NCBI GenBank assembly: GCA_031370565.1
Contig: JANMQO010000004.1
Span: forward strand, 11,562 to 75,561
Direction: 5' to 3'
DNA: 64,000 nucleotides
Origin: Chloroflexota bacterium
GTDB lineage: Bacteria; Chloroflexota; Limnocylindria; Limnocylindrales; CSP1-4
The translations under genes and the position numbers were made by a program. Below are positions 26,652 to 36,031 of the stretch, piece by piece. The notes under the pieces were generated by a model that was given only the letters and a program-made list of their open reading frames with translations, was not told the DNA's origin and made no database searches. The first letter of the stretch is position 1, and every line of letters starts with the position of its first letter.

Positions 26652-28490
26652 ATGTTGGAACATTCGACCGGTGAGGCGGACCGAGTCGTCCCGCGTCGGC
26701 CACGGGCGGTCCAGCGCAGTTGCGATGGCGCGGGCCTGCTGGCGGCCTTCCGGGCGTCCGTGATCAATGTCGAGCTCCACGTCGAGGAAATCAACGAGCT
26801 GAACGTCTTCCCGGTGCCTGACGGCGATACCGGCTCGAATATGTTGGCCACCGTCCGGCTCGCCCTCGAGGAGGCCGAAGGGGTGGCTGGGGCGCCGGCG
26901 GATCGAATTGCCGCCGCTATCGCCTTCGGCGCGCTGATGGGCGCCCGGGGCAACTCCGGCGTGATCACGTCGCAGATCCTGGGCGGCATGGCCCGGGGCC
27001 TGACGACGAAGCGACGGTTCGATGGCCTGGACCTGGCACGCTGCCTCCGGCTTGGCTCGGACGGTGCCTACGCCGCAGTGAAACAGCCTGTCGAGGGCAC
27101 GATCCTGACGGTGGTCCGGGAGGCCGCCGACGCTGCCCGTGCCGCAGCGGAGATGGAGGGCAGCCTGGAGTTCGTGCTGGCGGCCGTGGTTGATGCTGCC
27201 GCCCAGGCCGTCACCCGCACTCCCACGCTCCTGTCCGCCCTGCGCGAGGCGGGCGTGGTCGATGCCGGCGGCCAGGGTTTGTTCCGCTTGTTCGAGGGAG
27301 CCCTCCAGTGGGTGACCGGTGCCCGGCCCAGCGCGCCGCGACTTCGACGAGTGGGTCCGGCCGGTGCGCCAGTCGCACGCGGCGTCAGGCAGGGGCCCGG
27401 CGTGGGGCCACGGACCGGGCACGGCTGCCGGGTCGGCCACGGCGAACGTGACGGGCACGCCGCGGACGACTTCGGTTTCGAAACGATGTTCCTGCTCCAA
27501 CCGCAGCCCGGTGGCAGTCTTGACCTGACCGAGCTGCGCCGTCGTCTTGAAGCGCTGGGCGAGTCGGTCGTGGTGGCTGGGGACGAGCGGGCCGTGAGGG
27601 TGCATATCCACAGCGCCGAGCCCGACGAAGTCATCGGCCTGGGGCTGACCATGGGGACCGTCAGCCGGACCAGCATCGAGAACCTCGATGGTCAGGCCCG
27701 CGATGTTCGCGAGCGCCGGGCCGACGCCTTCATGGACCATGACCGGCCGACTGCCCGGCAGGACCCGTTGGGGCAGCAGGACAAGAGCGTCGCCCGGACG
27801 ACGTCCCAGCCGACCGGACCGAACGGTTCCCGAGCCGCGCTCGGCATCGTCGCGGTGGTGGCGGGCGACGGCCTAGCCGAGATCTTCCATGAGCTGGGTG
27901 TGTCGGCGGTGGTGCGCGGAGGTCAGGCAGCGAATCCCAGCACGGGCGAGCTCGTCACGGCCATCCAGGCGGTCGATGCGGACGAGATACTGCTGCTGCC
28001 GAACAACCCGAACGTCGTGCTGGCCGCACGTCAGGCGGCCAGGCTGGTCGCCCGGCCGGTCCACGTCGTGCCGACCAGGAACGCGGCCGAGGGGTTCGCT
28101 GCCGTGTTGGCCCTGGATCCAGCGGTCACACCCGAGGCGAACGCGGTCAGCATGGCCGCGCGCGGCCACGGTCTGGCGACCCTGCAGGTCAGCAATGCCG
28201 TGCGTGACGCGATGGTGAGCGGGCAGGCCGTGCGGCAGGGCCAGACGATCGTGCTCGATCCCGACGATGGCTTGGTGGCCGTTGACGACGACCTGACGAA
28301 GGCGGTGCTACAGGCGGTGGCCACCTTCCCGGCGGGTGCCGAGCTGATCAGCCTGTTTCACGGCCAGGACGTCGAGCCGCCGGAGGGACGGGCGCTGGCC
28401 CGCCAGATCGGCCTGGCCCGGCCCACGGTCGAGGTGGAGCTTCGCGATGGCGGACAGCCCCACTATCGGTACCTGATTTCTGCGGAATAG
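26652..28490 (+). CDS. yloV: DAK2 domain-containing protein YloV
   Basis: Motifs INELNVFPVPDGDTGSNM and RGNSGVITSQIL are present. The divergent arrangement with rpmB and recG downstream matches Firmicutes. Confidence 0.88.
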   Translation: MLEHSTGEADRVVPRRPRAVQRSCDGAGLLAAFRASVINVELHVEEINELNVFPVPDGDTGSNMLATVRLALEEAEGVAGAPADRIAAAIAFGALMGARGNSGVITSQILGGMARGLTTKRRFDGLDLARCLRLGSDGAYAAVKQPVEGTILTVVREAADAARAAAEMEGSLEFVLAAVVDAAAQAVTRTPTLLSALREAGVVDAGGQGLFRLFEGALQWVTGARPSAPRLRRVGPAGAPVARGVRQGPGVGPRTGHGCRVGHGERDGHAADDFGFETMFLLQPQPGGSLDLTELRRRLEALGESVVVAGDERAVRVHIHSAEPDEVIGLGLTMGTVSRTSIENLDGQARDVRERRADAFMDHDRPTARQDPLGQQDKSVARTTSQPTGPNGSRAALGIVAVVAGDGLAEIFHELGVSAVVRGGQAANPSTGELVTAIQAVDADEILLLPNNPNVVLAARQAARLVARPVHVVPTRNAAEGFAAVLALDPAVTPEANAVSMAARGHGLATLQVSNAVRDAMVSGQAVRQGQTIVLDPDDGLVAVDDDLTKAVLQAVATFPAGAELISLFHGQDVEPPEGRALARQIGLARPTVEVELRDGGQPHYRYLISAE

Positions 28491-28491
28491 C

Positions 28492-30759
28492 GTGCGCTCT
28501 GCCGCTGTCCGCCGACCCCCTGGCGTCGGGCGCACCCGTCCAGCCACCCCGCGTCCGCCCGCCCCACCGACCGACCCGATCGAACTGCTCACCACGCCGA
28601 TCGGGGCCAGCGGGCTCAGTGGCGCTGCGACCCTGCGCCGGATCGGTCCGCGGCTGGGGATTGCGGTCGTCCGGGATCTACTGTTCCACCTGCCTCGGCG
28701 CTATGACGACCGGCGTGAGATGCGTACGATCGCCGCGCTGCACGAGGTTGCCGATGGGGAGCAGGTCAGCGCTCGGGTCACGGTGACCTCCATCCGTGTG
28801 GAGCAGACGTTCCGCCGGCGCCTCCAGAAGACGGTGGCGAGCGTGGAGGACGGTACCGGCACCGCCGAGGCCGTCTGGTTCGGCCGGCGCTACATCGAAC
28901 GACGGATCAAGCCCGGGGACCGCTTGGTGCTGAGCGGCCGACTCCGAACGCGCGGGTTCGCGGTCCAGTTCGACGACCCAGAGTTCCAGCCCGAGGACGG
29001 CCATGGGGACCTCCTCCATGCCGGCCGGATCGTGCCCATCTACCGACTGACCAGCGGGCTCGTGGCGCCTCGCCTGCGGCTGGCCATTCGCGAGGCGATC
29101 GATCGGGCCGGCCGTGCCTATCCGGAGTACCTGCCGGGCACCATCCGGGCCGAGGAAGGGCTGGTCGGGATCGAGCGAGCCATCGAGCATGCGCACTACC
29201 CAGACGATCCGACGGGCATGGCCCACGCGCTCCGACGGCTCGCCTTCGACGAGCTGTTCGCGCTGCAACTTGGCATGGTGGCCCGACGCCGTCAGCGTGG
29301 CCGCAGTCGGGCCACGCCGGTGATCGTCGACAACCTGCGCGACCTCGAGGTGCGGACGGTGCTCCGTGCGGTGCTCAGCCAGCAGGTCGGTCGGGAGATC
29401 AGCCTGACGGTCGACCAACTCGACGCCATGAGCGCCATCCGAACGGATCTCGCGCGCCCCGAGCCCATGCTCCGGCTGCTCCAGGGGGACGTTGGTTCGG
29501 GCAAGACCGCCGTGGCCGCGCATGCCCTGGCCCTCGCTGCCAGCGCAGGTCGCCAGGGAGTTGTCCTGGCACCCACCGATCTGCTTGCCCGGCAGCATGC
29601 CCGGACGCTCGGGCAGCTGCTCGAGCCGCTGGGCATCCCGGTCGCCCTGCTGACGGGCTCGCTGAGCGCCGTCGGCACCCGTCAGTCACTCGCGGTCATC
29701 GCCGACGGTCGAGCGCCGGTGGTGGTCGGCACGCACGCCTTGCTCCAACCACGCGTTCGCTTCGCGGACCTCGGCCTGGTCGTCATCGACGAGCAGCATC
29801 GTTTCGGGGTCGAGCAGCGCGGGCTGCTGGAGGCCAAGACAGGCGGTCCGCGGGTCCCGCTCGTCGGTGTCGACCCAGTCGAGGACGGCGCAGTGCGTTC
29901 CCTGCCCCATGTCCTGCTGATGACGGCGACGCCGATCCCCAGGACGCTCGGCCAGGTGCTCTATGCAGATCTGGACGTCACCGATCTGCGCACGCCGCCG
30001 GCCGGTCGTCTGGCGATCCGGACGGGCCTCAAGCGGTCCGACGATCTGGCCGGCACGTGGGCGCGCGTCCGCGAGGAGGCTGCGGCGGGGCACCGGACGT
30101 TCGTGGTCGTGCCGCTCATCGAGGCGTCCGACGATGAAGGCGCGATCGCCGCCGAGACGGAGGCGGCGCGACTGCGGATCAAGCTCGCCCCGCTCCGGGT
30201 GGGCCTGGTCCACGGTCGCCTGAAGGCGGCCGTTCGTGACGACGAGATGGGCCGGTTCCGCGACGGCGAGCTTGACGTGCTGGTCGGGACCACGGTCGTC
30301 GAGGTCGGCGTCGATGTCCCCGAAGCGACCCTCATGATCGTGCTGGGTGCCGATCGTTTCGGTCTGGCCCAGCTCCACCAGCTGCGCGGTCGGGTGGGCC
30401 GCGGCTCGACAGAGTCGTTTTGTGTCCTCGTATCCGACACGGACGACCCGACTGCGCTGGCCAGGCTCAACGCGGTCAGGGAGCTGCGCGACGGGTTTGC
30501 CCTGGCCGAAGCGGACTTCGAGCTGCGGCGCGAGGGTGACGTGCTCGGTCTGGTGCAGAGCGGCCTGCCGCGGCTGCGTGTGGCCTCGCTGCAGCGGCAG
30601 GATCATCGGGTGCTGGCTGGTGCTGCTCGTCGCCACGCTGAGGCGCTCCTCGACGAGTCCGGTGAGCTGCCCGGGTTGGAACTGGCCGCCCTCCGCCACG
30701 AACTGACCGCCGGTTGGCTCGAGGGCATCGCGGCGGCCGACCCGGCCAGCGGCACATGA
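28492..30759 (+). CDS. recG: ATP-dependent DNA helicase RecG
   Basis: Walker A GDVGSGKTAVA, DEQH box VVIDEQHRFG, and the C-terminal motif QLHQLRGRVGRG. Confidence 0.93.
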   Translation: MRSAAVRRPPGVGRTRPATPRPPAPPTDPIELLTTPIGASGLSGAATLRRIGPRLGIAVVRDLLFHLPRRYDDRREMRTIAALHEVADGEQVSARVTVTSIRVEQTFRRRLQKTVASVEDGTGTAEAVWFGRRYIERRIKPGDRLVLSGRLRTRGFAVQFDDPEFQPEDGHGDLLHAGRIVPIYRLTSGLVAPRLRLAIREAIDRAGRAYPEYLPGTIRAEEGLVGIERAIEHAHYPDDPTGMAHALRRLAFDELFALQLGMVARRRQRGRSRATPVIVDNLRDLEVRTVLRAVLSQQVGREISLTVDQLDAMSAIRTDLARPEPMLRLLQGDVGSGKTAVAAHALALAASAGRQGVVLAPTDLLARQHARTLGQLLEPLGIPVALLTGSLSAVGTRQSLAVIADGRAPVVVGTHALLQPRVRFADLGLVVIDEQHRFGVEQRGLLEAKTGGPRVPLVGVDPVEDGAVRSLPHVLLMTATPIPRTLGQVLYADLDVTDLRTPPAGRLAIRTGLKRSDDLAGTWARVREEAAAGHRTFVVVPLIEASDDEGAIAAETEAARLRIKLAPLRVGLVHGRLKAAVRDDEMGRFRDGELDVLVGTTVVEVGVDVPEATLMIVLGADRFGLAQLHQLRGRVGRGSTESFCVLVSDTDDPTALARLNAVRELRDGFALAEADFELRREGDVLGLVQSGLPRLRVASLQRQDHRVLAGAARRHAEALLDESGELPGLELAALRHELTAGWLEGIAAADPASGT

Positions 30760-31349
30760 GCGGTCTGGCGGGCGCGGCCGGCCGGGTCATTGCCGGGTCG
30801 GCCCGCGGCGTGCGGCTGGCCGCGCCAGGTGAGGGGACGCGACCGCTTGGTGATCGCGTGAAACAGACCCTGTTCGCCATCCTGGAACCGGCCCTGCGGG
30901 ACGCGGTCGTGCTCGACCTGTGCGCCGGCAGCGGGGCGGCCGGGATCGAGGCGCTGTCTCGAGGGGCGGCCCGAGCGGTCTTCGTGGAGCGTGATTCGGA
31001 CGCCGTCGCGGTCATCCGCGAGAACCTGGGCCGGGCCAATCTGGCCGGCCCGCGGGCCCGACTCGTCGAGGCGGAGGCCTCGCGCTACCTGGCCGGCTCG
31101 GGCCCAGGCGCCGACGGACCGTTCTCGCTGGTCATCGTCGACCCGCCGTACGCCGACTCGGCACTGCTGACCCGCCTGCTCGAGGCGCTGGGCAACGACC
31201 GCGACGGTCGACTTCTGGCGCCGGGGGCATGGGTGATCGCGAAGCATTTCTGGCGTGATCGCCCGGCGGCGGCCATCGGCCTGCTAGCATCCGAGCGAGA
31301 CCGGCGCTTCGGCGAGACCGGCCTGACCTTCTATCGGCGGGAGGACTGA
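30756..31349 (+). CDS. rsmD: 16S rRNA (guanine966-N2)-methyltransferase RsmD
   Basis: Motifs RVIAGSARGVRL..P....RP..DRVKQTLF, LDLCAGSGAAGIEALSRGA and IVDPPY. The start forms an ATGA overlap with the recG stop. Confidence 0.88.
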   Translation: MSGLAGAAGRVIAGSARGVRLAAPGEGTRPLGDRVKQTLFAILEPALRDAVVLDLCAGSGAAGIEALSRGAARAVFVERDSDAVAVIRENLGRANLAGPRARLVEAEASRYLAGSGPGADGPFSLVIVDPPYADSALLTRLLEALGNDRDGRLLAPGAWVIAKHFWRDRPAAAIGLLASERDRRFGETGLTFYRRED

Positions 31350-31843
31350 TGCGCCTCGCGGTCTACCCCGGGTCGTTTGATCCGATCACGAATGGGCACC
31401 TCGACGTGGTTGGTCGAGCCGCTGCGGTCTTCGATCGAGTGATCCTGGCGGTGCTCGAGAACCCCCGCAAGGAACCCCTGCTCGACACGGCCGACCGTGT
31501 CGAGCTCATTCGCGAATCGATCGCGGCCGTCGCGCCGGGGCTCGTCGAGCGGGTCGACGTCCGCTCGTTCGATGGCTTGGCGGTGGAATTCTGCCGGTCG
31601 GTCGGGGCTGGCTTTCTCGTCCGGGGCCTGCGTGCCGTGTCCGATTTTGAGACGGAGATGCAGCTGGCCCACAACAACGCGATCCTCGCCCCCGACGTCG
31701 ACACGGTCTTCTTCATGACCTCACTCGAACACGGCTATGTGAGCTCGAGCCTGGTCAAGGAGATCGCTCGATTCGGCGGCGATGTGTCGCGCATGGTGCC
31801 CCCGCCGGCAGCGGCGGCCCTGCTGCTCACGCGAGGGACCTGA
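31349..31843 (+). CDS. coaD: phosphopantetheine adenylyltransferase
   Basis: N-terminus MRLAVYPGSFDPITNGHLDVV and motif SSSLVKEI. The start overlaps the rsmD stop by 1 nt. Confidence 0.95.
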   Translation: MRLAVYPGSFDPITNGHLDVVGRAAAVFDRVILAVLENPRKEPLLDTADRVELIRESIAAVAPGLVERVDVRSFDGLAVEFCRSVGAGFLVRGLRAVSDFETEMQLAHNNAILAPDVDTVFFMTSLEHGYVSSSLVKEIARFGGDVSRMVPPPAAAALLLTRGT

Positions 31844-31859
31844 CGCCCACGGTGGCGGG

Positions 31860-31868
31860 TGCCATAAT
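31860..31868 (+). promoter_or_regulatory. extended -10-like TGcCATAAT after coaD, upstream of the coiled-coil/yceD/rpmF/plsX block
   Basis: Located in intergenic DNA, 17 nt after the coaD stop. Confidence 0.35.
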
Positions 31869-31960
31869 CGCACCGCGACCGGGCGCCTGACGCGTCGACC
31901 CGCCAACCGAGGAGGGCTCGTCCCATCGACATCATCTTCCTCGTCACCCGTCTGCAGACG

Positions 31961-32473
31961 GTGATTGCGAGCGGCAAGAAGCTGCCCATGACGAGCAACG
32001 TCGTCATCGACAAGGATGCCGCCTTCGACCTGATCGACGAACTTCGGGCGGCCATTCCGGAGGAGATCCGGGCAGCCAAACGGATCAACGCCGAGGGCGA
32101 GCGGATCATCGAGAAAGCCCAGGAGGAGGCCGAACGGACCGTCGCCCGGGCCCAGGAGCAGGCCGCCTTCCTCATCGAGGAGCGCGGCCTGACCGCCGCC
32201 GCTGAAGAGGAGAGCCGGCGCATCGTCGCCACGGCCGTGGCCGAATCGGCCGAGGTCCGGCGAGGGGCCGACGAGTACGCCGCATCTGTCCTGATCGGGC
32301 TCGAGGGCGAGGTGGTCCAGACACTGCACAGCATCAAGAAGGGGATCGCCCTGCTTGACGAACGCCGCCAGGCTGACTCCCTTGCCGCCGACGCTGCCGC
32401 TGATCCCGACGGCGACGAGTGGGACGACGAGGAGCTCCAGGAGGACCGTACCGTTCGGCCCGGGCGCACGTGA
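31961..32473 (+). CDS. conserved coiled-coil protein of unknown function (ATPase subunit b/H-like helical repeat)
   Basis: The first canonical start is GTG 31961. The open frame continues upstream as IDIIFLVTRLQT, and a strong GAGGAGGG (31909-31916) lies 8 nt before in-frame ATC 31925, so the true N-terminus may be at 31925. Confidence 0.65.
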   Translation: MIASGKKLPMTSNVVIDKDAAFDLIDELRAAIPEEIRAAKRINAEGERIIEKAQEEAERTVARAQEQAAFLIEERGLTAAAEEESRRIVATAVAESAEVRRGADEYAASVLIGLEGEVVQTLHSIKKGIALLDERRQADSLAADAAADPDGDEWDDEELQEDRTVRPGRT

Positions 32474-33036
32474 GCCAATCCGCCACCCGACACGAGCTCA
32501 CGATCAACGTCGCCGCCCTGTTGGCCGAACCGGCCGGTTCGGATCGCGACTATGCCTTCGCGGATCTGCCCCTCGAACTTGGTCCCGACAGCAGCTTGGC
32601 GCTACCGGTCCAGGCGCGGTTCCGATTGACCCGGACCAGCCGTGGATTGCTGGTCATCGGCGACGTGCACACGGCGCTTGCTGAGTCATGCAGCCGCTGC
32701 TTGCGTCAGGTCTTGATCGACCTGGATGCTGAGATTCGCGAAGAGGCACTACCCAGCATCGACCTGTTGACCGGCGCTGTCATCGATCCGGCGGGCGACC
32801 CGGAGGTGGCTCGACTGACCGGCCATCACGAGATCATGCTTGAGCCGTTCATCCGCGAGGCGATCGTGCTGGCCAGTCCGATCGCCCCCCTGTGTCGTAC
32901 GGACTGCCCGGGCCTGTGCCAGGACTGCGGGGTCGAGCTGGCCAGCGGTCCCCATGAGCATCCCGACGAGCCGATCGACCCGCGCCTGGAGGCGCTTCGG
33001 GGCTTCCAGGTCGACGGAGACACCGATTCCCGGTAA
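32470..33036 (+). CDS. yceD: DUF177/YceD family protein (large-subunit rRNA accumulation protein)
   Basis: The C-terminal motif CRTDCPGLCQDCGVELASGPHEHPDEPIDPRLEALR is present and the gene lies immediately upstream of rpmF. The start forms a GTGA overlap with the upstream stop. Confidence 0.85.
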   Translation: MSQSATRHELTINVAALLAEPAGSDRDYAFADLPLELGPDSSLALPVQARFRLTRTSRGLLVIGDVHTALAESCSRCLRQVLIDLDAEIREEALPSIDLLTGAVIDPAGDPEVARLTGHHEIMLEPFIREAIVLASPIAPLCRTDCPGLCQDCGVELASGPHEHPDEPIDPRLEALRGFQVDGDTDSR

Positions 33037-33161
33037 ACTTGTCCGTCGGCCCCACCTTCGATCGCGACGGCGTGATCCGGGGCCAGCTCGCCCACGCTGA
33101 TGATCAACGGTCCTGCGGCTGTGCCGCCGGGATCCGGAGTCGAGAGGAGCCACAAGCAACC

Positions 33162-33362
33162 ATGGGAGTTCCCAAGCGACGGGTGTCACACGCCCGCCAG
33201 GGCGAGCGCCGGAGCCACCTCGCCCTGACGCTGCCCAAGCTCGAGGCATGTCCGCACTGCCACGAATCCAAACAACCCCATCACGCCTGCCCGAACTGTG
33301 GCTACTACGGCGGTCGGCAGGTGCTCGAGCTGGACACGAAGACGGGCGAGTCGGCTTCCTGA
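33162..33362 (+). CDS. rpmF: 50S ribosomal protein L32
   Basis: Sequence MGVPKRRVSHARQGERRSH...CPHCHESKQPHHACPNCGYY with a GAGAGGAG Shine-Dalgarno. Confidence 0.93.
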   Translation: MGVPKRRVSHARQGERRSHLALTLPKLEACPHCHESKQPHHACPNCGYYGGRQVLELDTKTGESAS

Positions 33363-33366
33363 TCCG

Positions 33367-34455
33367 GTGGACGTGAGCGCTCTCCGCGACCCATCGGGGC
33401 AGGCTCGGATACGCGTCGCGGTCGACGCAATGGGCGGTGACCATGGGGTCAGCGAGGTCGTCCCTGGCGCGCTGGATTACGCCCGGGCACACCCCGAAGA
33501 CGATCTCATCCTGGTCGGCGACGAGGAGCGGATTCGGACGATTGCCGGACCGGGTCTGCCCAGGGTCAATGTCTCCGTGGTGCACGCCAGCCAGGTCATC
33601 GAGATGACTGACCACCCGGCCCAGGCGCTGCGCGAGAAGAAGGATGCCTCGATCCTGGTCGCCACGGATCTCGTCCGGCGGGGGGCGGCCGACGCGGTGG
33701 TGACCGCGGGTCACACGGGTGCGGGCATGGCGGCCGGCGTGCTCCGGCTGGGGCGCTTGCCCGGCGTGGATCGGCCGGCGCTGGCCATTCAGATGCAGCG
33801 TGAAGGCCGACCGTTCGTCCTGCTCGACATCGGGGCGAATCCCGATTCCACGCCGGAGAACCTGGCCCAGTACGCGGCTATGGGCGCGCTCTTCGCCGAG
33901 CGGGTGCTCGGGCTGGCCCGGCCGCGGGTTGCGCTGCTCTCGATCGGCGAGGAACGGGGCAAGGGTGACGCCCGGATCACGGCGGCCAGTGCCCTGCTCG
34001 ACGCATCCCAGCTCAACTTCGTGGGCAATGTCGAAGGCAAGGACCTGGTCCGGGACCTGGCTGACGTGGTCGTGTGTGACGCCGTGGTGGGCAATGTCGT
34101 GGTCAAGTTTTTCGAGGGGCTGTCGACGTTCATCTTCGATCTGCTCCGGGCGGAGTTCCGGCGGCCGCCCCGCGGACCGCTGGCCTACGCCCTGATGAAG
34201 CCGGGCCTCGACCGCATCCGGACGATCTTCGACTACGAGAAAATCGGCGGCTCGCCATTGCTCGGGGTTCGGGGCACCGTGATCATCACCCACGGCCGGG
34301 CCAAACGCCGGATGATCGGCTATGCCATCGGGGTGGGTGCCGCTTCGGCCCGGGCCAGGCTGCCTGATCTGATCGTCGAGGCGTTCCGGACGGAGCCGTC
34401 CGCCGCGGCCTCACCGGCGACCGATGCGCTGTCAACCGTGGCGGTCGCCGAGTGA
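33367..34455 (+). CDS. plsX: phosphate acyltransferase PlsX
   Basis: Motifs IRVAVDAMGGDHG, NFVGNVEG and THGRAK. The start is GTG 33367 or 33373. Confidence 0.9.
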   Translation: MDVSALRDPSGQARIRVAVDAMGGDHGVSEVVPGALDYARAHPEDDLILVGDEERIRTIAGPGLPRVNVSVVHASQVIEMTDHPAQALREKKDASILVATDLVRRGAADAVVTAGHTGAGMAAGVLRLGRLPGVDRPALAIQMQREGRPFVLLDIGANPDSTPENLAQYAAMGALFAERVLGLARPRVALLSIGEERGKGDARITAASALLDASQLNFVGNVEGKDLVRDLADVVVCDAVVGNVVVKFFEGLSTFIFDLLRAEFRRPPRGPLAYALMKPGLDRIRTIFDYEKIGGSPLLGVRGTVIITHGRAKRRMIGYAIGVGAASARARLPDLIVEAFRTEPSAAASPATDALSTVAVAE

Positions 34456-34961
34456 CACGGCCGTTGGGCGTGGCGGAGCGAACGGGCCAGCAGCAGCGCG
34501 ACCTCATCCGAGCCCATCGCGCGGCACGTCGTCTGGCGCTCGCGTCTGTGTTCGAAGCGGAGTTCGGCCAGCGCACCGCCGGGACGGTCCTCGAGCGTCA
34601 CCTGGCCGAGACGGAAGGTGACGCGGAGACCGCGACGTTTTCGCGCAGTCTGGTCGCGGCCGTGGTCGAGCGACGCGACTCGATCGACCTGGTGATCGGC
34701 CGGACTGCCCCGCAATACCCGGTCGTCGGGCTGGCCCGGATGGATCGTGCGCTGCTGCGTTGCGCCCTCGGCGAGGTGCTACACTCCGCGACGACGCCGG
34801 CCCGAGTGGCGATCGCCGAATGGGTCGAACTCGCTCGAATCTACAGTGGCGACCCAACGCGACGTCTCATGAACGGCGTGCTCGGACGCATTGCACGGGA
34901 GAGGGTCATCGAGCCGGATGCGCCGGCCGTCCGCTCCACAGAGAACCATCCCGGCGTCTGA
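34452..34961 (+). CDS. nusB: transcription antitermination factor NusB
   Basis: The sequence [14 protein letters not shown]...[14 protein letters not shown]...[13 protein letters not shown]...MNGVLGRI follows the NusB pattern. The start overlaps the plsX stop by 4 nt. Confidence 0.8.
   Translation: MTRPLGVAERTGQQQRDLIRAHRAARRLALASVFEAEFGQRTAGTVLERHLAETEGDAETATFSRSLVAAVVERRDSIDLVIGRTAPQYPVVGLARMDRALLRCALGEVLHSATTPARVAIAEWVELARIYSGDPTRRLMNGVLGRIARERVIEPDAPAVRSTENHPGV
34787..34795 (+). promoter_or_regulatory. extended -10-like TGcTACACT inside the 3' part of nusB (possible internal promoter for acpP-rnc-smc)
   Basis: It is the same 9-mer as the rpsB promoter candidate and lies 198 nt upstream of the acpP GTG. 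Confidence 0.25.
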
Positions 34962-34992
34962 CCGGGGATTGCACTCTCCGAGGAGGGAGTCA

Positions 34993-35229
34993 GTGGCCAC
35001 TACCTACGAGCGCCTCAAGAAGATCGTCATCGAGCAGCTCGGCGTCGACGAAGAAGACGTCAAGCCGGAGGCGTCGTTCGTCGACGATCTCAATGCTGAC
35101 TCGCTCGATCTCGTCGAGTTGATCATGAGCCTCGAAGAAGAGTTCGGGACGGAGATCAGCGACGAGGACGCGGAGCAGATTCGAACTGTTCAGGATGCCG
35201 CCGACTACATCGACGAGCACGCCTCCTAG
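34993..35229 (+). CDS. acpP: acyl carrier protein
   Basis: Motif [22 protein letters not shown] carries the phosphopantetheine Ser. GTG 34993 follows GAGGAGGGAG. Confidence 0.93.
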   Translation: MATTYERLKKIVIEQLGVDEEDVKPEASFVDDLNADSLDLVELIMSLEEEFGTEISDEDAEQIRTVQDAADYIDEHAS

Positions 35230-35254
35230 CAAGGCCGCCCAGCCGCGCCCGACG

Positions 35255-36031
35255 GTGCTTGTCGACGAATTCGTCGCGCGCCTCGGGTTGCCGATCCGTG
35301 ACCTCGCGCTGCTCGGACAGGCGCTGACCCACAGCAGCTACCTCCACGAACACCGCGGGGCCGTCGCCGGCCACAACGAGCGTCTCGAGTTTCTGGGCGA
35401 CGCGGTCCTCTCACTGGTCATCTCCGAGGACCTCTATCGGCGGCGCGCCCTCGATGACGAAGGCGTGCTCTCGGCTCGTCGAGCGATCATCGTCAGTGCC
35501 CAGGGACTGGCTGGACTGGCTCGTCGGATCGAGCTGGGCCAGTTCCTCCAGTTGGGCGAAGGGGAGTCACGCCGAGACGGGCGGACTCGAACCTCGCTGC
35601 TCGCCTCCGCCTTCGAAGCGGTGGCCGGCGCCATCTACGTCGATCTGGGCTATGAGGCCGTCCGCGACTGGCTGCTCACCCTGGCGGCCAACGAGCTGTC
35701 GACCGATTCGCCGACGGCCAGCCTCAAGAGCGCCAAGAGTCGGCTCCAGGAGTTGACCCAGCGGGTCAACGGCGAGCGGCCGATCTACCAGCTCGTCGAG
35801 GCGACCGGTCCTGATCATGAAAAGGTGTTCCGAGTCGACGTGTCAGTGGCGGGGCGCGTCGTGGGCAGCGGCGAGGGCCGCTCCCAGAAGGTGGCTGAAC
35901 TGGCGGCAGCGGAGTCGGCCTTGCCGGTGGTCCGGGCCAAGGCCTGGATCGGATCGTCGGCGGATGCCACCGGAGGCTCCCCTGCGGATGCTCCCGGGGA
36001 TGACCATGACGAACGGGCCACGGCCAGTTGA
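35255..36031 (+). CDS. rnc: ribonuclease III
   Basis: Signature [21 protein letters not shown] plus a C-terminal dsRBD. The start is uncertain (GTG 35255, or ATG 35195 which overlaps acpP). Confidence 0.88.
   Translation: MLVDEFVARLGLPIRDLALLGQALTHSSYLHEHRGAVAGHNERLEFLGDAVLSLVISEDLYRRRALDDEGVLSARRAIIVSAQGLAGLARRIELGQFLQLGEGESRRDGRTRTSLLASAFEAVAGAIYVDLGYEAVRDWLLTLAANELSTDSPTASLKSAKSRLQELTQRVNGERPIYQLVEATGPDHEKVFRVDVSVAGRVVGSGEGRSQKVAELAAAESALPVVRAKAWIGSSADATGGSPADAPGDDHDERATAS

Noticed and set aside
26495-26989. Upstream extension of the L28 ORF (231-aa track ORF)
   Set aside because: L28 is a ~60-70-aa protein. ATG 26494 has a GAGGA Shine-Dalgarno, and the extension is antisense to yloV.
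33037-33161. 125-nt yceD-rpmF spacer with GATCCGG/GGATCC-containing partial inverted repeats as a possible L32 regulatory RNA
   Set aside because: The pairing is imperfect and short. I know of no established L32 leader motif to compare it with, so the support is insufficient.
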